64,000 nucleotides of DNA. Origin: Balanoglossus misakiensis. Taxonomy: Eukaryota > Animalia > Hemichordata. The stretch is from positions 9,636,088 through 9,700,087 of the forward strand of contig CM082590.2 in the NCBI GenBank assembly GCA_040954595.2, read 5' to 3'. Positions 52,326-64,000 of this stretch are shown in pieces. Made by a program: the position numbers and the translations under genes. The notes beneath the pieces are model-generated. The model worked only from the letters and a program-made list of their open reading frames with translations. It ran no database searches and was not told the DNA's origin. The first letter of the stretch is position 1, and every line of letters begins with the position of its first letter.

Positions 52326-53097
52326 TTGTGATACTATCGGATTAGGTGCGTTATAAAACATTGACTGGCCATATTCGGGTAATAGCATACGTTTGTGTCC
52401 CCTCGGGCTTGTGAGTCGCTCCAAAACAGTCTGCTTTTATCAGTCACAATTTTAGGGCGACTAACACACTCACAGTTCGTTGAAGAAACGTAACAAACAC
52501 GTGTATGTTGTCAAATTTCATAGCCAGTCACGATATGAGTGTATCTGTATGTTGTTTCATGCTTAAATGTCCTTGTTTAATTTCCTCAATTAAGTGTTAA
52601 TCCAAAACCGCAAAGTATCAGAGACTATATATTTACCATTGTTAAAATTTGTAACAAATTGCGCGACTTGTCTAACGTGTTTTTAAAATGATACACTGTA
52701 GACATTTTGTGTTGAAATGTACACGCGTACATGTACGTTTCAATGGAAGTACGCGCGTACGTTTCAATAGAAATTAGCATATGCTGTACGTTTCAATAGG
52801 AAATATGTGTTCTCGCGTTACAATAGACAGTTAGGGGAATCATTTCTTTGATGAAAAATATTTTATTGGAAGTGAACGAGTAAAATACTAGCCAACTATC
52901 ACATGTTTCACCCCTATCTGCAGAGGTCAAATGGTATAGTCCATAACCTCTGACCTTATTACTGCGTCTGGCACCGTGATAGAACAAAGCATAGTGGAGT
53001 CATATTTCTCTCTAAAATCTGTCAATTTCAGGACAATTAAGGGACTTAAATGGCGATTTCGGATAACTGGATTCCCAGACCTTAAATCGTGGAAGCT

Positions 53098-53285
53098 ATG
53101 GATATAGGGAGAGGTGGATCGCAGATTCGGGAACGTCCCGGGAGTATGGAAAATAATCGACATACAACGACCAGCGAAGAAGGTAGCTCTAGTAGTAGCA
53201 GTGATACAGGGAGTACGTGTGAGGAAGATCGACTAAAGCGGTTATTTGAGAGTTGTGATAGCGATGGAGATGGTTACATTGACAG
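53098..53285 (+). CDS. MCC: First coding exon of colorectal mutant cancer protein (long EF-hand isoform); gene continues beyond window
   Basis: MDIGRGG...SSSSSSDTGSTCEEDRLKRLFESCDSDGDGYIDR|gt closely matches, from memory, the vertebrate MCC N-terminus SSSSSSDTSSTGEEERMRRLFQTCDGDGDGYISR. No further coding exon is recognisable up to 64000. Confidence 0.8.
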
Positions 53286-54539
53286 GTTTGTGGGATATTA
53301 TATATTAAATGTGTCAGCGATGCGAAATTTTAAGTGCGATGCGCGAAAACCTTGCGAGAGACTCACTTAAGTCAGAGTGTTTAAGTCGTTCTCTAACTAT
53401 AAGCATGGAGTCTACGGCATGACTTAATAATACTCTGCCGTGTATTTACACACGAATCTTTCACTGCCCTCGAGAAAGGTTCACCGATCTTTCACGGCAC
53501 AACTGTTAAAATCATCGTTTCGACAGTTAAGTGTCTGGAAATATAGGCGTTTAATGCCTAGTCTGTGAATATTGCAGAAACGTTAAAAAATCGCAGACAG
53601 ACTACCCCAGCTGGGCCTACTATAGTTCACACACCTTGCGCATTGGCTGTGTAAGTGATTGTTGTCCATTTCATAACATGGGTCTGCAGACGGTCTGAAT
53701 GAAAGGTTTCCTGCGCCCGACGATTTAATTGACAAAACAAAAGAGCTGCGAAATCAATCGATACCACGGGTGTTGTCTAATGAGGCGAAATGACGCCGTA
53801 TGCGACGAGACCGCGATGCGTATGTCATCGCGCAGACTGTGTGTGTTTTAACGGCAGCCCCGCAAGCAGTCACACACCAACAATGGCGAGATTGCAATCC
53901 TGCTTGTCAAATTCCGCCGAATTTCTCGCTTGAGCGAGTGCCAAGCATTACCGAGAGATGCAAGACCTTCGCGAAAAGGCGCAAACAACGGACGACCCTG
54001 TTTGGAAATGCGGGAATTTATACTAACCGCAAGTTGGGGAAACTCGCGTCTGGATGGGTGGGAAGTGTTCTCAGGAGGAGGGTGATCTCCCGCGGGGCGT
54101 GACGGCTAAATTGAATCGTGATTTCATTGTAATAACACAGTCAATGGCCTGTCAAAGACCGAGAATAGTCGCCCTATAGATTAGAGGCAGAAAATCACAA
54201 CTCAATCAATATTGAAACATTCTTTTGACAGTTTGTTGTTGAAGGTTTGCATTTATTTACTTCTGTGGTCTTCATAGTTATACATACATAGGCCCAATAA
54301 ATAGGAAACTTTGGTTTATATCTGAAATTATATAAACTCTTAAACCACTTATAAAAAAGTTAAATACAAACTCTCCCAAGTGAAATAGGTGTCAATGTGG
54401 TTCATTTCCAAAATAATATGAAACAAACACAACCAAATGTTAGCAGAGGATGACTTTGTTTCTTCACACCTCTAAAATCAAAGTTTTAAAAGTTTTCTTC
54501 AGACTTTGCTTAAGCTAACTTTTGATTGGTCCCTCTTAA

Positions 54540-55140
54540 ACTTATGCAAATTAGTTTTGTCTCATTTTAAATTCAATATGGCTGCCAATCTCTATGGTAA
54601 CTCTCATGGACAAATATTGGTATGCAAATTTGTTTTGTCTCATTTTAAATTCAATATGGCTGCCAATCTCTATGGTAACTCTACTGGGCAAAAATAGCAG
54701 TGATTTTTATGAAAACAAGATGGTGAACACCAAGTGTTTATCTTCTAATTTTCCCATAATTTGCTCTAGGTAACCTTAGATTGATCTCTTCTGAAATTTA
54801 GAAAATAAATATGGGACATTTTGCAAAATTTTGAGCAGGCCAATCAGATTGTCTCATTTGCACTTCAAAATGGCCGCCAATCTCCTTGGTAACTCTATGG
54901 ACAAAAATTGAAGTAGTGATTTTTGTGAAAACAAGAGATGAACACCGTGATTTCTTTTCTGTTGTAGCTAATAATTTGCTTTAGGTAACATTTGATCTCT
55001 CTGAAAACTTACAATGCAAATTTTGGTCAGATTGCAAAATTTGAGCCAGAGAACAAAATTGCCGCCTCATTTGAAATTCAAAATGGCTGCCATTCTGTGT
55101 TAACTCTATGGAGAAAAAATAAAGTAGTGATTTTTGCCAA
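54540..55140. repeat. Degenerate internally repeated element (about 4 copies of tctcattt..aattcaa(t/a)atggctgccaatctctatggtaactct), probably transposon-derived
   Basis: Core repeated at ~54559, 54638, 54852 and 55066, with shared gtgatttt...gaaaacaag and taggtaac...ttgatctct blocks. Confidence 0.75.
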
Positions 55141-57150
55141 CACATGGTGGTATGGTCTGTGATTACAGTATTGAAAGTTTCTCAGTTGTCTCAGAAACAC
55201 GTAGAAGGTTGTTGCTGAGATACTGACCAATTTCAAGCGTCATTGTCTCCAAAGTTATGGCTCAGAGGAGGCTTTATAACCTGCCAATTGAACTTGACAT
55301 GGATTAGTGTCAATCAACAAATCTCTTCTCTATCACATAATCTCCCTTGAAGTACAGTGAACAATGTATCAGTCTGTGTTGTGTGTAGCACTGGGGAACT
55401 GTCAGTTTGGAATTTCTGCAGATTTGTTTGAATTGGCTAGAGAACTTTAGATAGGAATGCAGTTTTAATCTGTGGTAACCTTTGGAGAGAATTGATTCAG
55501 AAAACAAACTACAGAATTATGATTTGACGCTTTATGATAAGATGGTAGAGTTATGGATGATAAAGCAGGTATGGACCAGATGGGACGAAAAGTGATATGT
55601 CTATCGCTTCGTTTCTTGCATTCTTCCGCCATATTGAAATTGTTATTTCTATATTTCTCCTGTCAAACGTTTCAATTATTGACTAGGAGAATTTCGCAAC
55701 GCATGCTATGCCTTTGGATTCAGACTGAATATACGTGCTTGGTTTGAACTTTAAATAATTCACGTTTGATGCGTTACATAGTTCAGATTGCAGAGATTCA
55801 ATAATGCAATAAAGGAATTGATTTTTTGAGATAAAATGAGGTTTCTCGATCAAACATGTAAACCGGACAGTACACTCAAATTATGGTGAATCTGCGAATG
55901 CGTACAAGTAACATACCCACATCTCGAGCACAGTGACCTTCAACAGAGATAGGTCCACATCAACTTGAATTTGTTCAGCGCTAATGGGACATCAGCTTTG
56001 AGATTCAAATTTATTTTGCTATTTTCCGACCTTCTGAAGTAGCTTGTAAATTATCCTAAATAGCGTGTGTGCGCTAACAAGGTCATTGATTGACACCATT
56101 GGTTTAATTCTAGTCCGAGGTGTATACGCTGTGTAAAATGAGCAGTTATAAGTGACGACTTCAAGGCCAGCTTAATGAGCCTTACTACATTACGTGTTGA
56201 CTTGGTCTAGCTGTTGATTCGCTGTGGCATTGTACGCGTGTCCAGTGAGATAATAGAGAACTGTACAGCATAACAAGCTTGCTGTTTCACTCAAATATTG
56301 CTATGTCGTTTGTGTACTGTGGGACCGTACCACCAGTGTGCTTCTAAGCACATATGACGTGCCACTGACTCAACAAACTCACTGGTGACTCAAGAAACTT
56401 ATCCATGTTGGCCGGGGGTCGAGCTCGCGTCCAGCTTGTAGATCTGGACACAAACCTGATGGTAGAGTTTGTATAGTGTAAACTAAACCCAAACACAGAT
56501 ACACAGACTTGTACTGATGGGATTTCAACTATGCTTGTGGTGCATCGTATTATTTTAGTGAATATCAGTTTAGTCTACTGGTGGTAATAAAATGAAGTTA
56601 TGTTCAGCTTGTCGCCATACAGACTTTCAATAATCATGTATTGTACCTAATTCAGGGTTGTCTAAGCAATGAGTCTAAGTATGTATGCATGTATGTATGC
56701 ATACACATTATGCAGTTGATAAGAAACAAGAAATACTGGAAAAATAACTAGAATTTACAGACAGTAGCTCTTTTGTTTTTAAACCCAGCGAAACCTGTTG
56801 TTTTGATCCTACTGTGTTTCCAAACATCGTGGGTGGAACTGTCTTCAAGAAAATTGAGAAGACAGCAGTTATACAGTAGCTCTTCAAGAAGATTTCTGGA
56901 TGTTGTTTGAACTGATGGGTAAACTGTTCGTGTTTATACAACTGGAGTGGTGACCTTTGGTATGTTTTCATTTTCCTGACGAGGTAACCTTGTGAACCAG
57001 CAGTTTATCAGTATGCGTGCCAGACCAGTTGGGATTTATTACATAGTGCGATGTACTCCATGTAGAATATAAATCTATTTTGTCAGTCTCTAACGCACCA
57101 CTAAAGCTGGATATACCCTTGCATAAATGTATCATAATAAAATGGACAAG

Positions 57151-57378
57151 GTCTCTCTCTCGCTGCCCTTTTTCCATTAATTATGTTTGATACAAGACAC
57201 CGTTTATGTTATTCTACATGTGGATATATAGTGAATCAACGTTAGACCACAGACAACTTCCTTCCGAAAATGAATAAACGGTAGAGAGTGATTATTCATT
57301 TTGGCGAGATTTTCACTCTTGTGTCTACAAATGTGTCTACAAACATTATTAATGGAAAAAGGGCAGCGAGAGAGAGAC
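57151..57378. mobile_element. MITE with ~40-bp terminal inverted repeats
   Basis: gtctctctctcgctgccctttttccattaat(t)atgtttg at left and caaacattattaatggaaaaagggcagcgagagagagac at right. Confidence 0.85.
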
Positions 57379-58670
57379 ATTTAGAACCCACTTTCAAGTC
57401 GACTTGCCTCTGTTGGATAAACTCAGAACTTCTGGGTCGTAAAACTTGACAATCCTTTCGTAGTAAACCTCATTTGTTTTTATGCCCCATTCATTAAAAA
57501 GCCATAACTTTTGAAGTAGGATGCTACATAGTTTTAACTGCCCAAGTCTTTAGTTTACTGGAAATTTACAAAGGAATTTTAATGTCAGGGGTCGCCGTGA
57601 CCCCGCATACTTAGTTGTGTGTAACTGGGGTGCGTTCAAAACCCTCTCTTAAGATGTGTGCATCAGCTAAATATCACGGTCAAGCATTTTGAAATGTGTT
57701 GACAGGATGCCAGCCAGCACTTGACTCACATGCCCCCATTTCTAGGTGCAGTGGTCCAACAATACTAAAGATTGTACCATAAGATGGCCAAAAATAGGGT
57801 GGTCACCAGCATTGTAGACTGGTCTGGTCTCCATTCAATATTTACTTTCTGTCAGCAATTAATTTCTCGGTACATTTGTACTGCAAAATGACAAAATGTA
57901 CAGCTTATCTCTCTTTGAAGTGAAGTGAAGTGATAGGAAAGACCAAATTGGCCGAAACTGCCCTCTGTGTAATCTCATTACAATTGCAGTATTTTTTGCC
58001 CTGTCAAATATATACTGATGTGCTATATTGTAAATTCTGTGTTTGGTCAGTCGTTTTATCTGAGACAAAACTAGGCCACATCGTTTTGAATAATTGATGG
58101 AGATATACGTTGGTGTAAACACTTGAATCAGTTTGTTGTGACTTGTGTACATGTACAAGCTGTCTAGGATCTGACCACCATGAAAAGTCCTCTTGGGGTT
58201 GACTTTGGTTCACACCATACAGTACAATTTAGATCAGAGCTATCAGTATTGTACTGTGCTGCACTGCACTGCACTGTGCTTTAGTACTGTACTGTACTGT
58301 ATTCTACTGTACTGTCAGAAGAAAGTGATGTTTTCCCCCAAGTTACAGACAGTAGCGCTTTAGGCTACTGACCTACTATAGCAAGCTTTTAAACTCACTT
58401 TGCTATACTATTATTATGACACGCATAATTTACAGTCTCTTTCACAGTAAATTTGTTCAACCAATAAAAACTGGTCAATTTAGTGCTTATGGCTACCCAT
58501 AAAACACACACATTATAGATCGACTGCATTCTAGGCGTCAGTAAAGACTGCGAATTATTTCTAAAATGTCACGAAAAAATTTACAAGGAAGTTGCCCCTT
58601 TGGGAGATCATATTTTACGAGTTCCGATGTTCTATTACATGGTGTGTTGATTTTATTATTATCTGACAGT

Positions 58671-58766
58671 TTAACCCTTTTCGCTAACATGGTTTGGTCT
58701 AAAGCCATTGTTTTCTGTGGTTACGTTGGACCTCAACAGAGGCAAACAGGAGTGAAAGGGGTTTAA
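58671..58766 (+). mobile_element. ~93-bp TTAA/piggyBac-type MITE copy
   Basis: TTAA-CCCTTTT...atggtttggtc...gttggacctc...GTGAAAGGGGT-TTAA. Confidence 0.8.
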
Positions 58767-60299
58767 TCGGTATGTGACCAGTTTACTGAGACTTTCGAAA
58801 TATTGGCAGAAAACTAAAAGTCAAAATCAGAGATCAGTGACTGCTAATATTTGTTTTTCCATTATTGATGTCAGAAAAGTTTAAGTGGTCACTGTTACCC
58901 CGACAACCAGTGCACTGATCTCCATCCATATGTCAGGTTTCATATAAACCTACTTGACACAATTTCTGATGGAGTTACTGCATGTGATCACCATCGCCAT
59001 CATCTATGGTCTAATGGTTTGGGAGTCGTCTACCCCTCGATTAAAGTCAGGAATCATATATGATTATGAAATTCTTCAAAAGTCCTTTAAACTCCAGGAA
59101 AGTTGGATAAATATTACCCTTGCTAATTGCTTGAAATTTTCCTTAATCCCCCAAGCTATTACAGAGAAAAATAATAATCATGGTAATGTTTCTTTTACCT
59201 TAATTGAGCTCACAAGCTTTAAGGTAAACACTTACTGTACAATTAGTCATGAAAATTGACATTTATTACGTCAATTTAGTAATCTTTAAAACTGGTGAAA
59301 CAATAAAACAGGAATTTGCGGTGACTTCTTGAATGAATGAACTGCATGGTAATCCCTCGCAACGTCGCTTGACTCAGAAGACCATATTGATGGCAACAGA
59401 AAATTCATGTTGACAGCAATTCCGTTGAACTCTGCCACTTGACGGGAAATGCCGTGTAGGTGCAGTGTTCAGTGTTGGGATACAATTTCACTCCAACTAT
59501 GTCCTATTCTAAACAGCAGACATGGTATTTCCCCCACTGGTTCCTGTAGCTATTTCATACATGTGGACATTCCGTGGACAGTCAAACAAATCATTGTATA
59601 CAGACTTAGGCTTTTAACAGTAGCTTTCTATCCCCACCACTGCCTCAGTTTGGTTTAATCCTGTTGTTTCCAATGGCTTGGTTGGATCTATTTACTGTGA
59701 AGTGGGTGTGAGATTGTTTTACTTTTAGTTAAACACATCTCAGGAGTAGAATGTAAGAAAAATGACAAAGACAGAATATTTTGCAAATTGCGAGATTGAA
59801 AAGTGGAATTGAAAAATACGTCAAACGGATGCTTTGTGTGATTTTGAGTCAGGGAAACTTTTCATCAGGAAAATAAGACTTTTAAAGCAAAATCGCATCT
59901 TTTTTCAGCTAAGATTATTGTAACCGACAATTTATGACGTTTTGCGTGACAGTATAAAAAGGAGCGATATGACCTTGGCGAACTGTGGAGGGCATCATCA
60001 CAAGTCCAGCCCTGGTCATTAGAAAGAAGTCAGTGATTACATTCCCTGTGGGGTTTGTAATTCATACTCTGTTGTTAGTCTTTCATTGATACACCCCGAG
60101 TTGACTTTGTAATGTCATACCCCAGCCAAGTTCAAAAGTAGGGCAAATATATATGAGTCACTGATTGGGAGCGACCATATCACTTTGCTTTTAGGGGTGG
60201 GAGATCAGAGTGAGGGAACAATCTGTATAATATCACTTTTACTTTGGAAAAAGTGTTTCGTTTACAGATATGCATCAGAACTGATTAGTAAAGACTATA

Positions 60300-60392
60300 T
60301 TAACCCTTTCACCACTGTGGTTCAGTCCAAACCAATTGTTTTCTGTGGTACAGTTGGACCTCTAAAGAGGGAACTGGGGGTGAAAGGGTTAA
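60300..60392 (+). mobile_element. ~93-bp TTAA/piggyBac-type MITE copy (best-preserved TIRs)
   Basis: TTAA-CCCTTTCACC...GGTGAAAGGG-TTAA, perfect terminal inverted repeat. Confidence 0.9.
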
Positions 60393-63300
60393 GACCAGGT
60401 GAACAATGAAAGTCAGGGGATGCTGGGAACACAGTCCCTATGGGAGCGTGGTGTTTAGTCACATTAAACATTGTTCCCGTTTCTCTCCTTTTATAGAGTG
60501 GAATTAGGTGTCTAATTGAAACTAAATACTGATTAAAATAAAACCACTCAAATGAATCCCATGTTTTGAATGCTAATAAGTGAGAAACATAAAAGTGAAT
60601 TGGTATGTCCTGCTCATTTGCATCACAAAGGGATGCGGCAGCTGTCAACAGCCGAACGTGAAGGCTTTCACAGGAAATTGAAGATGAAAGTTTTCAGGGC
60701 TTGAAGATAAATTACTCTCGACTGATTAAGCTTTCCCAGTTTACCCGTTTTGCGTCTATAATTTAACTTTTTTACTCTGTTTTGCGAAATTGGTGGAATA
60801 AGGCTGATTGTACTTTTAATGGGTTATTTTGGCAAGCTTCATTGGAACAGTGTAGGGAATTGTAACGGTTCATTAGTTGTACTGAACTTTTGGATACATA
60901 TGTTTGAGTTTTGTTCTATGTACAGACTGTGTTTTCTTGTAATAAAACCCCATCAGATTGTCTGTTTTTATGAGAAAGACACAAGTTTTTCTCTAACGTT
61001 TCAACAAAGAGGATCATCTACTCAGAAATTTAGAGAAAAAATTCAATTAGCTCCATAAAAGTTCTTTCGTCAATCAAAACGCGATTCCACAAAAGATGAA
61101 ATTGAGACCGCACTCTAATTTATTTACTTGATAGAATTGCAAAAATTATCCAATTAAGTCATTATTCTTTATTGTGAAAATTACAATACAGTTTCAATTG
61201 CTCCCAAATTTCACAAACTGCACAATAGAAATATTGAAACTGGTGTACAGTAATAACTATGATCAAAAACTATTTTTCAGCTACTTTAGAATGTCCAGGC
61301 AAAATATGAAATAATTGACGGCATTGTGGAATGAACAGTCAGTGGGAAGAACAACTTCATTTTTTGTCACAACATCAAAAGATATTTCCAGCTGCTTTTC
61401 TTTCACGGTGCTTAACATAAAAGCGCTGTTATGACTGCTTTGTTGTTGGATGTTAACTTTTCTGTAACAATTGAATGTCTGTTAGGGATTTCACTGCATC
61501 ATTAAGCGTGCTTTGTGCGAGTTTTGAGTAACGCTGACAGGGGGATGTGTTTTTGATAATGCCGTAATTGGAACACAGAAAATGCATTTTTAATCTGCTA
61601 GCTGATTGAGTGGTTTCTATTGTATACCTGAAACAGAGCAGTCCGATTTCTTTACTCGTAGATGTCGTTCTGCTTTCGTGGAGTCACTGGAGGTTATTGT
61701 TCTGTGGAACAATGATTTACGCTACAGGAAATTGCATTGTGATGGGAATTCTGCAGAAAGAGGCGAAAAAATAATCACCCATGAAAGTTAAAATTATCGT
61801 CTTTATTGAAGTCTCGTGGATTGCATTGTTCCGACTTCTGATATTGATAGTGTGAGTGACAGTAGTTAAACTAGGGACTCCAGGTGTAATCTAACTTTGT
61901 GGATTTTTGTTGGAACTTTAAATAATTGTGTAGGCCAAGCTAGCTCCTGGTTTGCAATGGAAAACATATATGCTAACGGTAGACCAGCCTGGTGCGTATG
62001 GTGATGTCTAGGATGTGACCCCTCAGCAACCGAAATGGTTGTTATCATTAGTATGAATTCACCTGTATTCTTATGAATGTTTTCAAGAGATTAACTTTGT
62101 CTGTACCCTAGAAATATAACTTGTATGCCTTAGGGATGAATAATACTGGTGAATTATACTATCTGGCAATTGTATTTCATATTGCACTGGCATAAACTGG
62201 TTTTCACCAAACTAGGGGATAAATATTTAATATGCTAATTCATTCAACTGGGTCTGTTACTCTTTGCTACTTTGTTCATTCTGTTGCAAACTGATTGGTC
62301 AGATGTAGCAAACTTTTCTCAAAGTCTCCCTAGGTTGGGAAAAATAAAACCTGGGAATCGAATCCCTAGGGAGTCTCATCAATTGATGTGCGGAAAGTTA
62401 ATTGCTGTATTCAAGAAAAACTTCCTGATGTTTGAAGATTTGGATCAAATTTCATCAAAAAAACAGAAATTATTGATTTCTCTGAAACCTGATTCCCTGT
62501 GCCCTCTTTTCACAAGATGATCAGCAGTTGTCTCCTGGCCATTAAAATATTCAGTTTCAGATTTCGAACAATCTGAGTCCAGCGAGTCTTGTGTGATTGA
62601 TGATGTATTAGAGCAGGGATTTGTACATCTGCTTTTGCAGGTGATTTTTGAACAGGCAATCCCGAGAATTTTGTGAAAATAGTTGTCAGAATTTGTCACT
62701 GTCTACAAAACGCAGCAGTGTATATATGTTGACAGACTGAAGAGGTAATTTATCATCCTCACAAGAATAGTTTTTTTGCCAAAAAATGAAAGAAATATTG
62801 AATACATTATCAGGTTACAGCTACTGCATATTTATATAATTCCTCAAGAAATGTTAGATGGCTGAAATGATGGTACTTGTATTTATAAAACTTACCATAA
62901 ATATTTCATTATCAATGAGTATATGTGTTGGTTTTTAAAGAAGGTGCCAATACCAGTTCCATAAATCTGATTTGAAAATTTCATTCACTCACTCACTCAC
63001 TATCGGTTGCTTGGTACGAAAGTGACCTCTGAACCCATTTACTCGTGTCAGAACACTGCTTTCTGTTCTTTCATGGTCTCTTTAGAGTTTGAAATGTTTT
63101 TTCCTGTAGTCTGTAAACTGAGAAGGTGTTAACGATAAAGTTACCAGAGTGTGGAAACAGAACCACCTTGTGTTTACAGGTGATGACGTGGAAACTGTTA
63201 TTTTTACGCTTAAAATTAACGAGTGAGTGACTGGGCAACTTTGTCCCTTGAATGTACCATAGTTACTCATTCAAGTAACTGTTCTTGTAAGTTATATACG

Positions 63301-64000
63301 ATAAATTCCCATTTCTCTGAGATACCCTTGTATGATCATGCAGTAACTTGGCATTTCTTCAGAAACTCAAGAAATTCCACAACTGATCTAGTCTGTCTTC
63401 AATTAAATGTTTTCTGAATATTATTAATAATAATATTCTGTGTTATAATGCAACCACCATTGTTATTTCACTTTAACTGGTATTAAAATAATGTAAAGAC
63501 TACTCCATATTACCAAGTTCACCACTGAGGGCGCTCATATAGCCCGATAAAAAGATGTAGCAGGTCGTAGAACTTGTGTTTGTAAATTAAATTGAGTGAT
63601 TTAGAGCTTATACCAAGCATTACAGTATACATTGACAGCATTGAAATACTGCCATGGAAATAAACTCACCAGATTACCGACAGCAAGATGGTATATAAGA
63701 AGATTAGTTGCTAAATCTGGGTTTTTCCTAATAACATTTTTTGCATGAAATATTAATCCTGTTACAGTATTTTTCCAGACCATATTTCACAATAAAGATG
63801 TGTCGTACTTCGTGCAGATTTCTCCTTATGTTTGTTTTCAAGTTTTATGCTCTGGATAATTTAATCCTGGTAGAAATATAATCTGTGGAACAAACTCTAT
63901 GGTAACACGTTACCAGGAAAAAATTTAAATTAGTTAAACAAAAGTGAATCTCAATTTTTCATCATCGATGAAAATTCTAAAAAGGTGTCAGTGACATAGC

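Noticed and set aside
53286-64000. Additional genes or a second MCC exon among the short ORFs
   Set aside because: None shows domain motifs or the expected continuation of the EF-hand; consistent with a large first intron containing repeats.

Overview
This window is intron-rich eukaryotic genomic DNA, not prokaryotic. Gene content and repeats suggest a marine invertebrate deuterostome (hemichordate/echinoderm-like), which is an inference. The ORF track only catches exon fragments, so genes were rebuilt by reading GT-AG junctions and checking phase. Left to right: (1) a secreted mosaic protein (-) with signal peptide, Cys-rich module, a betaglycan/endoglin orphan-like domain, MAM, a TGF-beta type I receptor-like ectodomain and at least 3 WAP domains, running off the left edge; (2) an orphan class A GPCR (-); (3) Lunapark (-), head-to-head with (4) PWP2 (+), which has a U12-type intron; (5) a secreted protein (-) with 3 pentraxin domains, a 13 x 35-aa charged repeat and an F-type lectin domain; (6,7) two tandem C-type lectin paralogs (-); (8) TMEM267 (-), head-to-head with (9) a steroid-sulfatase-like arylsulfatase (+); (10) a GPI-type Ly6/three-finger protein (+); (11) a fully spliced diaminopimelate decarboxylase homolog (-) lacking its PLP lysine, catalytic cysteine and phosphate-binding residues; (12) the first coding exon of MCC (+), followed by a large intron. 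There are also several MITE families and microsatellites. The two most striking candidates for new biology are the putative secreted TGF-beta ligand trap assembled from receptor ectodomains and the intact but apparently catalytically dead DAP decarboxylase. Family assignments come from motif recognition by eye; no searches were run.
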